From Macrostomum lignano (lineage: Eukaryota): 64,000 nt of DNA. The notes under the pieces were generated by a model, which worked only from the letters and a program-made list of their open reading frames with translations, ran no database searches and was not told where the DNA came from. Of the stretch, positions 1-13,329 are shown piece by piece. A program made the position numbers and the translations under genes. Location of the stretch: positions 248,001-312,000 of the forward strand of contig NIVC01000708.1 in NCBI GenBank assembly GCA_002269645.1. The letters are read 5' to 3'. How positions within the stretch are numbered: the first letter of the stretch is position 1; each line of letters opens with the position of its first letter.

Positions 1-1499
1 TTTCTCCCTGTGAAGTCTTTTAAACTTATTGGACGAATAATACTACTTAAATCGTAGATGCAAACATTAAAAACGTCTTTAAATAGCAGGTTGAACTTTA
101 ATTTTCTAAATAAAAAAGTTTTCCAACTAGGATCTACTTCGTTTTGGAACAGTAGTATACATGGCGCATTTAGAAACCCATATCATTCTGGGGGGGGGGG
201 TACGGAAGTAAAAGACTAGAATTCTAGCCCTTCCAGTTCAACCCCGCCTCGCCTCCGCCACCCAAACCCCCAACCTCCTCGCACCCACCCAACCTCCGTT
301 AGATAGAACTGCCGTCCAATGCGAGCCTCTTGGCTCAGTGCGCTGTGTATGCGTATGACTAACTATATGAACCCAAAAAGCTCAAGCCTTTCTATCCGAA
401 CCATAGCTTTACTTTACTGCCTGCAAGTCCCGTCGTCTTCTTGCCACCCCAACCTTCTTTGATGCGGCCCAGGCCTATTCTTATTGGCTGGGCCGACTTT
501 GACACAAGGAGGGTCCCGAGCGAGGGCAACCTGCCCCTCCCCTCACCCCCACCAGATTCGGGCATTAGGATAGCAAGGGCCCCAAGCATGAGCGCCTCAT
601 GGTTCGCTTTTAATCGTGCTGCGACCAATGAATGTATTATTTCCTCCCCTTAAGCCCAGACTACAATTTGCATGCACCGTACACTGATTAAAGCGCAATT
701 ACCTTATTTTTAAACGTTTTAAAAAGCGTATCAGATGGCCACATTTAACTAAAAATTAACTGGCAAAATGCTCCACAAACTGTCTTCTTCTTTTTGTTTC
801 TATGAGTAGCAGAAAACTTATCGATAGAACATTGTTATCTATCCTTGCAGATTCACGTCCCTCGTATCTAAGCTAAGCCATGTCCGTCTCACAATTATTG
901 GCTTGGTTGGCACAGTCACAGATGATCGCTGCACAACTCTTCCGGATTCTTCAGCAATATCTGCCGATTTCGATCGTCTCTGAGCACTATTTTTCTGCCC
1001 CAATATTCTCTCCCCAATTGCTGCTTTTATCTCCTCTATCCGCTGGTTCGTTTCATATAGATTTATGGAAGATCCTAAATAAACCTATAGCCTTAATTCT
1101 TAGCGCAAGATTTATTAAACCCTTTTATGCTGACCTTTATCACCGCAAAGCCACACCAATATGTGTGGTTTCGGGGTTGTGACTCATCTCTTTTCTGAGG
1201 TAATTTGCTTTTAAAATGATTTTTCAATCAACCAATTCTTCTTGTTCACGAAACCCGACAAAAGCAGTTTAAAAGTTTAAAAATGAAAATAGGCTTGCTT
1301 GATTATTTCAGACTTTGAGAGGGCTGAGCCTTGCATTGGGTTCTGAATTCTGATTCGGTGGTCTGGCTCAGGGGTCGGCAAACTCCCAAGCGAAGTCTAC
1401 TCGTGTATCCGGCCCTTCATGTTCTTTGAAACTTCAAAGTAGCAATCCGGCCCGCTCAAACTCGCTTCTCCCTTCTCGTTCCTATCCTCTTATCTCCCT

Positions 1500-2043
1500 T
1501 CTCTCTCCTCTCTTGTCTGCTCTCGTCTCTCTTGCCTGCTCTCCTCTCTCTTGCCTGCTCTCCTCTCTCTTGCCTGCTCTCCTCTCTCTTGCCTGCTCTC
1601 CTCTCTCTTGCCTGCTCTCCTCTCTCTTGCCTGCTCTCCTCTCTCTTGCCTGCTCTCCTCTCTCTTGCCTGCTCTCCTCTCTCTTGCCTGCTCTCCTCTC
1701 TCTTGCCTGCTCTCCTCTCTCTTGCCTGCTCTCCTCTCTCTTGCCTGCTCTCCTCTCTCTTGCCTGCTCTCCTCTCTCTTGCCTGCTCTCCTCTCTTTTG
1801 CCTGCTCTCCTCTCTCTTGCCTGCTCTACCTCTCTTGTCTCCCCTCCTCTCCCGTCTCTCCCCTCCTCTCCCATCTCTCCCCTCCTCTCCCATCTCTCCT
1901 CTCTCTTCTCTCCCCTCCTCTCCCATCTCTCCTCTCTCTTCTCTTCCCTCCTCTCCCATCTCTCCTCTCTCTTCTCTCCCCTCTTCTCCTCTCTCCTCTC
2001 TCACTCCTCTCCTCTCTTCTTCTCTATTCCCCCTCCTTCTCTC
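1500..2043. repeat. 19-bp pyrimidine minisatellite (TCTCTTGCCTGCTCTCCTC)n followed by a degenerate CT-rich tract
   Basis: Unit visible directly; overlapping ORFs on both strands show a 19-aa period (3x19 nt). Confidence 0.95.
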
Positions 2044-2810
2044 CTGAATGAGCTGGATTTTTCCAAATTTTTCTTCCAAATTTTGACTTTTGATTGAAAA
2101 AGGTCTATGGATGCCAACGGTTGGTTCAATTCATAAAGGACTCAAGTAGAAGATAATGCATGGTTATAGTTAGCCTAGGCGTGTTGAAACGGGGAGAAAC
2201 GGACGGCATCCCGCCCGCTGCAATAATCTATGGCCAACTTCAATAAGTATTTAATAAAAAAACTCGTATGCATATAAGTATCTAGTTAATGTTTCTACAA
2301 CTTGTATATTTTAAAAGTAAAGCTTAGTGCTGCTTAATAATTCTTAGTATCAGTTACTATTTTTTCAATTCGCAAAATAAGGAGTTTTGGCCATTGACAA
2401 TTTTTTGGATTTCATTATTTATTTCTTTGTCTTGTGTGCTGGTGTGCTAATGTGGGGGCTCCGACCCCGCTTTCTTCTGACTTTGCCATAGACATTTTCA
2501 GCGGGCCGTGAAACCGACTGAATGCATTGGAGTAAATGGGATTTTACCATAGACAGTCTCAGCGGCCCGTGAAACGCGGTTTCACGCCCGCTAACTATAA
2601 CACTAATATGGATGGGTCGCAGAGGGCAGAAATGAGCTATAACGCCGAGGCGCGTTTAGGGTTGTATTTATTTAAATCCCGAGAGCCGAAGGCTTTTAAG
2701 CTTTTAAGGGATTTACGTTAATGAACCCGTAAAAACCATGCATTCAGGGACTACTCAATTAAATCGATGCTTACAAACTCTGGGATGTATCCAAACCCGC
2801 AAAACAGTTT

Positions 2811-2933
2811 GGACCATAGACACTGAATGCAGTGCAAAGAGGGGTTAAGGGGACGCAGTCCCCTGCGGGGGTGTGGGAGCGGAGCCTCCACATGTACCAT
2901 AGTGAATATAACTTTATTAAATGTCTATGGTCC
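2811..2933. mobile_element. Miniature inverted-repeat element with 12-bp TIR GGACCATAGACA/TGTCTATGGTCC
   Basis: Perfect 12-bp inverted repeat at 2811-2822 and 2922-2933; related CCATAGAC/GTCTATGG motifs cluster nearby (~2105, 2487, 2548, 3020). No clear TSD. Confidence 0.5.
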
Positions 2934-3126
2934 GCTTTCATCTCGGAAAGTCAACTGGAAAGGATTTAATCTACAGATTTGAAGGTTTCCTAATGTCTTT
3001 TTTTACCTGTGAAATGGCCGTCTATGGAAAAACCTCACTAAAAATGAAGCCTGAGAACTCACAACGAGGCCAATTGACCAAATTCACAGGCCTGAAAACG
3101 AGGCCAGTGTAAACTTTGCAACCACC

Positions 3127-3458
3127 AAGGGGCGTCGCCATCGATTTTATGGTGGGGGGGGCAAAGCCAAGAATTCTCTACATGTACGAGCATATACATG
3201 TACATGACTACATGTAAACTCCTACATGTACATTATTTTCAGAATCGGTGTCAGCGCTCATTTTGGCGCCGCAGATACTGATTTTGGCGCCGTAGGCGCT
3301 ATATTCTGTCGCCCTGAAGCAAAATTATTGATTTCCATAACGGTTCACGAGGTGGGGTTGGGGAGACATAAAGGAGCATTGGCATGCCCCCCATACATGT
3401 AGCTTTTACTGGGCGACATGGATGTCCTCCCTGCCCCCCCCCCCGGTGGCGACGCCTA
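3127..3458. mobile_element. Non-autonomous DNA element (MITE) with GGCGTCGCCA...TGGCGACGCC termini
   Basis: Inverted termini at ~3130-3140 and 3447-3457; right half is homologous to 45768-45893. Confidence 0.65.
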
Positions 3459-5350
3459 GGCCCCCTGTTTTCAACATTAAACTTACTTTGTTTAAACAAA
3501 GTTGAAAAGAAACAAACATGGTAACGAAAATTGGCGAATCATTTTATATTGTCCATTCGGTTAATTGTATGCTCGTACAAGTTAACCCGAAAGTCACTCA
3601 AATGTGATTTCCAGTGTTAGTCTCACCGTTGACCGTCATACGCATCTTCTTTGCGGTACCACACTGACCTTTTTAGACACAGGATTCAATGTATAGGCTC
3701 AATTGCGCAGGTCAAAAGCCAAGTCTTCCTCCATGTTGAAGTTGTAGTTGTAACTCTCACAGACTCTATTTGTTTGTCTGTCTGTCTGTTCCTCACTGTC
3801 TCTTACTTAAATTTTAGTGTCTATGGTAATATGAGGAGGGAGACTGCGCCCCCTCTCTACTGCGCCCACCATACCAGCTCCGCTTATGTATGTGGCTATA
3901 CCGATTTCTCTGCTGCTCAACGCAAAAAACCTGAACGCAGCATTTTAGCTTTTCTTTTTTAAGCATCACAGTGATCTACGGATCTACATGGTACATGTAG
4001 GGTAGAAGGGTGGAAGGAGGTTCGTAACCTCATATTTTTTAAGCTGCAGTTTTCAAATGCACTCGAGTAAACAACAGGCTGCCAAAGATGCAAAAATACA
4101 AAAATATCCGCTGCATATTGTCTAACTGTGATTGTAGCGCTGTTTCCCCTGTTTGGCATATACATGTACTTTAGAGAATTATACTGCATGGAAACAACGG
4201 CCGGACGCCATTGCAAATTTTCATGTTCTCTGTTTTGGACTTGAGGGCTCTGCTGTTTGCAGTCTAATAGAGGTTCACTTGTGCCTCATAATCTTTTTGA
4301 ATAACTTGCCTGTAACTAAAGAATTAGTGAAAATAGATTAAAATTTCAAAATAACAGTGGTAAATCTTTGCTGCTATCATTTAAAGACAATACAAACAAA
4401 AGCGCATTTTTGTTATACCGGATTGCTGATAAAATTTTAACTATCATTATATATTTCCGAGTTTAAATTCCATGCATATGTATGCGCAAATGCATTTACC
4501 ACTAACCACTACAACGAAACGCAAGTATTTATTGCTTTTTGGATTCTAACTTATGAACTATAATAAATCTCTGTATATGTCAGATATCAGAAAATTTGTC
4601 TATAATGTTGATTTGCCTTTGCTTTGTATATGCTAAACTTGTCTTGACTTAGATTTTATATAGGCCTATATTTAACCCAAAATATACCATAACTTTCCAT
4701 TCTAATATTGATATAGGCTATTCTGTAATTTTAACTTTGATGGTGTTGGGGCCAAAAACTACGTTAAATGCACATAGATTTTAAGATCTAAGTCTACTGT
4801 TAGTAATCTACTCTAGAAGACTAGATTGGATTAAGCTATCTATCTTTCTATAAAGCATTGATGAGGTTGATAACACTATCTTGTCTGCTTTATTTAAAGA
4901 ATTATTTCTACTTTAGGTCTAACTAGATTATAGGCTCACAGCCCTATAGGAGGCTTAGAATGGGGGCTTAACTGATAGGAGACTTGCTTTTGGTAAATAA
5001 GCTACCAAGACTAGCTCCAATTAAAGCCTTTTCTATAGACTTTGGGTTTCCCACAAGTAGTACATTTTGTTTTTAAAAATGTAAAAAACAAAGAAAATTT
5101 TTTATATATTTTTGTTGGCATTTGTTTATTATACTTTGCTAGGCCCTAGCTATATATTTGGTATTCCTTTGGTTTACGATCATTTTTCCACCCACATTTC
5201 GGTTCACGATCCCCATGTAATTTTTCATATAAATGATCATAGCTTGCTTGAAATAAACAAAAATTGTTAAACTGAGTTTATTCGTTACATTAGAAAAAAC
5301 TGAATGGAATAGCCGACAAATGGTTTCTTTAATGGCATTGCGATGATGAG

Positions 5351-6070
5351 GATCCTATATATCCACTTCGGTTCACGATCATTTACATGTATTTCTTCAA
5401 TTTAAATGATCGTGAACCAAAGCTAAGGGGGGTGTCAAAGACATATGTAGTCATATATTTATCAAGGACTACTTAAGAACACAGGACGTTACACTTGCAA
5501 ATATTGGCAGAATTCTAAAAGGCCGCTTTGAATGCATGTGTCTATGGTTTTAGTGGCCTTTTTGCTTAGTTATTGTTATTATTGCTTTATTATTCTCTGC
5601 ACGCTGCCACCCCCTCCCCTCAGCTTCGGTTTACGATCATTTACATGTATTTCTGCCATTTAAATGATCATAAACCGAAGTGGATATATAGGATTGTCTT
5701 CATGGAACAGTTCTGAGATGTGAAATGGTATACTAAAACCCCCTACCTTCAGTTCACGATCATTTACATGTATTTCTGCTATTTAAATGATTGTAAACCA
5801 AAGTGGATATATAGGATCCTCTGCATGGAACAGTTCTGAAACGAGTTCTGTAACGAGCAACTCTTTCAATTTGATGAATGTATGCGAATGAACAGATCTC
5901 TTTGCATCGTTTCATTCTGGTTGGCATTCGATCGTTTGACAACAGAAAAATAAAAAGGCTTGAAGTGATTTCAGTGCTGGTTTAAAAAATGATTAAAAAA
6001 CACGAATTTCTTACTCTTGCATATCTTTCTTATGGGGATCGTCACCAATTTCAGGGATCGTAAACCGAAG
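5351..6070. mobile_element. Foldback-type element made of repeated CTTCGGTTCACGATCATTTA inverted repeats
   Basis: Three ~20-bp-stem hairpins (5366-5422, 5624-5680, 5747-5803) plus single arms at ~5170, ~5199 and ~6056. Confidence 0.55.
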
Positions 6071-7744
6071 GAATGCCATATATTTCCTATAGGCCAGAGT
6101 TTGCTATCCTGTAATATATATATGAAAGATTATGCTAAGCTGGCACAAAGACAATTTTAGCTTTTCTTGTATTTATGCCATATATATTCAAAGAATATGT
6201 TTGAACTTAAAAATTATATCAACTTAGTATATAGCAAAAGAAACAATGTATAAAATATAATAATTATGTAATAAATATAAAATGTTTTTTCCTAATCAGG
6301 TGCTATATATGAGTCTTATTAGTTTCATTTTTAAAATTATAAAATCTACTATATGATAACTTGCTACATGCTAATTTTGTGCTGTTTGTAAGTCTTTCTG
6401 TCTGGCATTGATTTTTTTCAAGAACCACTTGACCAATTTATCTCAAATAAGCTTTAAAAATTATAAATTTTGCCTATCATGTATAACTTTTTTTATTTAT
6501 GAAAAAAATCAAATGGGAAGGGTGTCAAATATTTATGAAACAATTTTTAATGCTTCTAATGGGTGCTCTAATTATTCAGATAAACCATTTAGGCCTCCTT
6601 GGGCAATGTACAGTGTAGAAGTATATTCACAATAAAGTTAAGGATTTTTATGACCTTTGGTGCACCAGTGTGATAGACAATCAATGAAAGAGAGCAAGGG
6701 GTTATAAAGCTGGCCTGAAAAGGCTGAAATGCAATATGCAAAGCCTTTTTATCAACCCTCTAATTTGCTCTAATATCTTTTGTGTTATTTTAGAACAGAC
6801 TCAGAGGGTGACATGGTTGCAGTTTTTAGTAGTATCAAATAAGCCCAATTAATATTTTTATTAATTCATATTCATTTGGCAAATTGGTATATAAAACTTA
6901 TACCACAATTGGAAGTGGATCAAATAGTAAAAACAAGGTTTTTATGCTTTCAGTACTTGAATTTTAAATTTGAATGTGCACCATGGGGCTTATAATGTTT
7001 CTGTAAAACTTCAAACAATGAAAAATTGATTTGAAAGTGTGTCAAATATTTGAAAAACAATGTTTTTTTAATACTTTCAATGTTATAATTTTGGATTCGA
7101 ATGCCCCATGGGGGCTTTATGTGCTAGTTCATTCTAAATAGATTAAATATATAATTTATACCCTTGCAATGCCAATAATATGCCTGATAAATCTAGAATA
7201 TATAATACTGATATATAAAACATATATATACAAATATATCATAAGCTATATACTATTAATATAGAATCTAAATGTAGTTGTATCAAATATTAACTTCATC
7301 TAAGGATTCATACATGTATTGCATTTATGCCAAGGCCATTCTTTAGTTTGTATGTACCCTGACAATAGCTTAGAACTGGATTTGTAAAACTTCTAATAGA
7401 GTAGAGTTTAGAGTGGCTAGGCTTAAGGTTCTCATATAAATCACTTTATCTAAAATTTATTCTTCAATAAACTTTGGAATAAAAAAGAGTTGGTACATGC
7501 AACAGTTGTACCTAAAAAATGAGAAGTTATATATTTTATTTAAAACTCATTTTTAATTGATTGAGTTTGTTCAAATTGTTAAATATGTAAATTAGCCAAA
7601 AGGTAGTCAACTAATAAGGCTAATTTTTTGTATATAGGGCAATATTTGGTTGCTAGGGCATTTGCTGCTAGATGAGTAGGCAAAATCCAGGACTTCTGCT
7701 ATCCAGAATGCTCAAACCTTGCACTGGCAGCCAACTGCTCGCCT

Positions 7745-10700
7745 ATGAAGCTGCACCACAGCAGCCAATTGGCAGTCCTCGCCCTGGCAGCTGCTCTCCA
7801 CCTGCTGGTGGCACCGCGGCCTGCCCAGTCTGCAGCCGGCGTGGTGATCTCGAACAAGCCTGCCGACGGCGATACGATCTATGTTGACCGGGACCGCAGC
7901 ATCTCCCTGTCCTGCCGGCCTGTCAGCACTGAGACTAGCCTCACCCTATTCTGGTACCATCCGCGAAACTACTACACCCCCGTGTCCAACCAGGACATGA
8001 ATAAGCAGGTCTACATCAAGCGGGACACCAGCGATCCCCGAGTGCTCATGATATTCGTTAACAACTTCAAAGATGACGATCAGGGCAGGTGCGTTGCATT
8101 GTCTGGCGTGATTGCCCCCCATGTCTGTCATCTCTACCTTTTATTTTGTGTGCTAAAAACTGTCTGATTTCTTTATAAAGATCGTCTCTTGTCCTGTCTC
8201 GAGTGGATGAAGTATACTGTCAAAGCTCGCTGGGGGAAACGGTCTTTAGTGAGTTGGCATACGTTTCTTTCTCTTCTCATTCTCTCTCTCTCTCTCTCAG
8301 TCTCTCTCCCTCTCTTTCTCCCTCACTATCTCACTCACTCTTCCCCCTCCTGCCTCATCTTATGACTGTCTCTGTTCCTCCCGCTCTCCTCTTGCCACCC
8401 TTCACTTCGCCCTGCAACTCCGGCCTCGCCTTGGCCCGCAGATACTACTGCAGGTACATGAACCAGCTGGTGAACCCGCCCGAGGTGGTCAGCGAGGACT
8501 ATATCAACGTGCGCATCATCCAGCGCATTGAGATCAATTACGCGCCAACCGAGCAGTGGATCCCGTTTAACAAGACCAGCACCATATTCTGCTCGTTCAA
8601 GGGCAGCGACATCAGCGTGGCTTGGTTCTTCAACAGCCAGCCAATCAGGACTGGCGGCCGGTACACCATCAACCCGCTGCAGGGCCTCATCATCAGCCCC
8701 TCTCTACCATCTGACCAGGGCACCTACGTCTGCCAGGCCCGCAGCACGGGCTCGGATTTCATGGACGTCAACATTGTGGTGCGAGTGTTTCACAAGCCTG
8801 AAATCACCTACGGACCCGTGATTAAGTACCCCGCTGCCTGCATCAACGGCATGGATTGCTATCTCAAGTGCATGGCCACTGGCACTCCAGTGCCTCGGGT
8901 GAGGGACACTGCACCTGTCACTCCTGGATTGTCACTACCTGTGTGTCAGTCACTCCTAAATTGTCACTACCTGTGTGTCAGTCACTCCTGGATTGTCACT
9001 ACCTGTGTGTCAGTCACTCCTAAATTGTCACTACCTGTGTGTCAGTCACTCCTGGATTGTCACTGTCTGTGTGTCAGTCACTCCTGAATTGTCACTGCCT
9101 GTGTGTCAGTCACTCCCTGAATTGTCACTGCCTGTGTGTCAGTCACTCCTGGATTGTCACTACCTGTGTGTCAGTCACTCCTAAATTGTCACTACCTGTG
9201 TGTCAGTCACTCCTGGATTGTCACTGTCTGTGTGTCAGTCACTCCTGAATTGTCACTGCCTGTGTGTCAGTCACTCCTGAATTGTCACTGCCTGTGTGTC
9301 AGTCACTCCCTGAATTGTCACTGCCTGTGTGTCAGTCACTCCTAGATTGTCACTGTCTGTGTGTCAGTCACTCCTGGATTGTCACTGCCTGTCAGTCACT
9401 CCTGAATTGTCACTGCCTGTTAGTCACTCCCTGAATTGTCACTGCCTGTCAGTCACTCCCTGAATTGTCACTGCCTGTCAGTCACTCCTGGATTGTCACT
9501 GTCTGTGTGTCAGTCACTCCTGAATTGTCACTGCCTGTGTGTCAGTCACTCCCTGAATTGTCACTGCCTGTCAGTCACTCCCTGAATTGTCACTGCCTGT
9601 CAGTCACTCCTGGATTGTCACTGCCTGTGTGTCAGTCACTCCTGGATTGTCACTGTCTGTGTGTCAGTCACTCCTGGATTGTCACTACCTGTGTGTCAGT
9701 CACTCCTGGATTGTCACTGTCTGTGTGTCAGTCACTCCTGGATTGTCACTGTCTGTGTGTCAGTCACTACTGGATTGTCACTACCTGTGTGTCAGTCACT
9801 CCTGGATTGTCACTACCTGTGTGTCAGTCACTCCTGGATTGTCACTGTCTGTGTGTCAGTCACTCCTGGATTGTCACTACCTGTGTGTCAGTCACTCCTG
9901 GATTGTCACTGTCTGTGTGTCAGTCACTCCTGGATTGTCACTCCGCCTGTCACTACTGTATTGTATTGTCACTGGCTGTCTCTTCTGTAGTCAATTCTTT
10001 ACTGTCACTCTCGTCAGAGCACTCCAATGGTCCTAAAAACTGTCAGTCATGCACTGCTTTCTCCCCGTGCTACTCCCTGCCCAGGTGATCTGGTATCGAG
10101 CGCAGGACCGCAACCGGCCCCTTCACCTGTACGGCACCAACAAGTACTTTGTGGACACCCGGGCCAACGTTGGCGAATTGCGCATCGCCATGGCGGAATT
10201 CCTCAAAGACGACGACACCTACATCTGCCGGGCCGTGGTGACCTCCGATGTCATCAGGGAGATCACTGCCGACATGTACACCGAGGCCGAGATCGACGTT
10301 GTCGTGCATCTGATACCGCAGTTTCGCAACTACCAGGCCATGATGAACAGGGAGGTCCGGCTCGGCGATACTGTGGAGCTGGTGTGCGAGGTGTACGCCA
10401 CCAGCCCGCTGGACCTGCAGTTCCAGAAGTACGGCACCTACGCGCCGTATGTGATGGGCCCCCAGCCTGATGACAGCAGGATCAGCGTGAGTGCACCGGC
10501 TGCTCAGGCTGCGTGGACAGGGCGGGGAGGGGAAGACAGGGCGGGGAGGGGAAGACAGGGCGGGGAGGGGAAGACAGGGCGGGGAGGGGAAGACAGGGCG
10601 GGGAGGGGAAGACAGGGCGGGGAGGGAAGAGGGCGGGGAGGGGAAGAGAGGGCGGGGAGGGGAAGAGAGGGCGGGGAGGGGAAGAGAGGGCGGGGAGGGG

Positions 10701-11533
10701 AAGAGAGGGCGGGGAGGGGAAGAGAGGGCGGGGAGGGGAAGAGAGGGCGGGGAGGGGAAGAGAGGGCGGGGAGGGGAAGAGAGGGCGGGGAGGGGAAGAG
10801 AGGGCGGGGAGGGAAGAGAGGGCGGGGAGGGGAAGAGAGGGCGGGGAGGGGAAGAGAGGGCGGGGAGGGGAAGAGAGGGCGGGGAGGGGAAGAGAGGGCG
10901 GGGAGGGGAAGAGAGGGCGGGGAGGGGAAGAGAGTGTAGGGAGAAGGCAGGAGGGAGGTTAGGGAGAGTAGACGGTTAGAGGAGAAGCCACAGGTAATGA
11001 AAGGGCACTGAGAAGGAGCAGCCATATCGGACCAGAAGATGAACAACACACAAAAAATAAGAAACAACTTGCCCAATAATATTTCTTTAAATGACAGATC
11101 CGCCGCAGTCAGGACCCCGTGGACGGCCGGGTGCACCGGCTGCACCTGGAGATCAAGCGCACGGTGTACCTGGACAGCTGGAACTACACCTGCATGGCGG
11201 TGAACCCAGCCTGGAACAGCACCCTGAATGGCACTGTGATGGTGCTGATGCAGCCCAACCTCACCTCCAACAATGTGAGCATGATGTACGGCTGGCTGCG
11301 CAATGTCACCAACATCACCTGCATCAGCTACGGCCTGCCGCACCCGCAGTGGCGCTGGTACCGCCAGTTCGCCGAGATTCCACCGTACACTGACAATGGC
11401 ACCTACCGGATCTTCACCTGGGATTATGAGATCTACTCACAGAGCTGGCTGCAGGTATGCTGCTGGATTCCCCGCTTCTGTTTTATGGTCTTCTGTCTAC
11501 CTGCCTGTCTGCCTGTCTGTCTGTCTGTCTGTG

Positions 11534-11564
<31 letters not shown>

Positions 11565-11565
11565 G

Positions 11566-11620
<55 letters not shown>

Positions 11621-11645
11621 GTGTCTGTGTGTCTGTCTGTCTGTG

Positions 11646-11704
<59 letters not shown>

Positions 11705-11721
11705 GTGTCTGTCTGTCTGCC

Positions 11722-11760
<39 letters not shown>

Positions 11761-11777
11761 GTCTGTCTGTCTGTCTG

Positions 11778-11808
<31 letters not shown>

Positions 11809-11828
11809 GTCTGTCTGTCTGTCAGTCA

Positions 11829-11860
<32 letters not shown>

Positions 11861-13329
11861 TTCTCGCTGCCAGTCTGCTTTCTTTCTGTCCGCTTTTGAA
11901 TCTCAGCGAGGCCCAATTTTTTCCTCCCGGCCCGCCCGATCCGCCTAGGTGTACCCTGACTACGGCATCGAGCGCTGGGTATTCGACCGGTACATCTGCA
12001 ACGCCAGCAACCGCATAGGGAGCGGCAGGCACGAAATGATGTTCTACAAGGCCTCGGTGCCCGGACCGCCCCGGGTCACCGTGGTGTCTACCACCGCCAG
12101 CAGCGTCCAGCTGGACGTGCAGCCGCCAGCGGAGGACGGCGGCATGCACCTCTGGTACTACGAGCTAACTTACAGCGCCCTCAGCGGACAGCTGACTTGG
12201 TAAGCTGGCGTATCCGCCCAACCCCCTGCGCCCCGGTGTGTGTCTGACTGTTCGAATCTCTGCCGTTGGAAGTAGACCTGTGAATTCCCGAATTCCAGAA
12301 TTACACCTGGGAAATCCCAAATACCAGAATTAGATCTGGGAATTCCCGAATGGCAGAATTAGACTTGGAAATTCCCAAATAACAGAATTAGACCTGGGAA
12401 TTCCTGAATGCCAGAATTAGACCTGGGAATTCCCAAATACCAGAATTAGACCAGGGAATTCCCAAATACCAGAATTAGACCGGGGAATTCCCAAATACCA
12501 GGTGTAGACCTGGGAATTCCTAAATGCCAGAATTAGACCTGGGAATTCCCAAATACCAGATTTAGCGTGGAATTTCCCGAATTCCAGAATTATCCCAGTA
12601 ATGTTCTTTTTTCCCAGTAATCCTTTTTCATAATTTGTTATTCAAATTTCAAATTTTCGGGATTCCCTGACCAAATCCCTAATTGAACAGCCGGAATCCC
12701 GTCTGTTATCCAGGTACGGCCCGGTGCAGTTCGCCCTGAACTCCGACATCACAATCCACGGCCTGATGCCCAGCACGGACTACAGCATCCGGGTCAGGGC
12801 CAGAAATGCTGTAGGGGTCACGGCCGACAACATGCAGCTACCGTTGCAGATTCGAACCAAGGACCGAGGCTCGCCCGATCCCGTAATCTTCCTGTCGTCG
12901 AACCGCAGCACCTACCCGTACAGCCAGACGCTGCGCTGGAAGGTGCCGGTCAACGGCGGAGACCCGCTTGTGGGCTACGAGATCCGCGTCCGGCCGGTGT
13001 TCTACGACCCGGCCAGGCGGGCCATCACCGGCTACAAGGGCGGCTGGATTCTCTACCGGCCGCCGTTCTACAATCCGTACCTGAGCGAGTACCGAGTCAC
13101 CGATCTGGAGGCCAGCACCTGGTACGAGGCCGAGATCAAAGCGCTGTCGCGGGTTGGCGAGTCGCAGACTCAGCGCACCGTGTTTCTGACCGCCGCCCCT
13201 GACGCTCTGGGCCGGCCGGATCGCGTGCTGAGCCGGGCGCCGCCAGCTCTGGCGCCGTCCTGGTGCGGCGCTCTGCTGACGGCGGCGCTGCTTGCCGCAC
13301 GGCTGCCTTTGACTGGCGGCTTCCTTTGA
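7745..13329 (+). CDS. Fas2: NCAM/Fasciclin II-like Ig-superfamily adhesion molecule (signal peptide, 5 Ig, 2 FN3, C-terminal GPI-type signal), ~808 aa. Exons 7745-8088, 8442-8898, 10085-10486, 11098-11454, 11949-12199, 12714-13329
   Basis: All five introns are GT-AG and phase-consistent; CDS 2427 nt. Hydrophobic N-terminus ([15 protein letters not shown]); five Ig Cys pairs (DQGRYYC, DQGTYVC, DDDTYIC, WNYTC, RYIC); two FN3 domains ([25 protein letters not shown]); ends in a hydrophobic tail with no cytoplasmic domain. 5Ig+2FN3 is the NCAM/Fas2/apCAM architecture; the symbol is family-level only. Confidence 0.85.
8920..9945. repeat. ~32-bp minisatellite (GTCACTCCTGGATTGTCACTACCTGTGTGTCA)n in intron 2 of the NCAM-like gene
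   Basis: Tandem units with 28/32/33-bp variants visible directly. Confidence 0.95.
10512..10932. repeat. 19-bp G-rich minisatellite (GGGCGGGGAGGGGAAGAGA)n in intron 3
   Basis: About 22 tandem units with G3/G4 runs. Confidence 0.95.
11495..11860. repeat. (CTGT)n microsatellite in intron 4
   Basis: Directly visible. Confidence 0.97.
12270..12595. repeat. 29-bp minisatellite (GAATTAGACCTGGGAATTCCCAAATACCA)n in intron 5
   Basis: About 11 units, each with the palindrome TGGGAATTCCCA or a variant. Confidence 0.93.

Noticed and set aside
1426-2097. 170-220 aa Leu/Ser or Arg/Glu-rich ORFs
   Set aside because: Translations of a 19-bp CT minisatellite.
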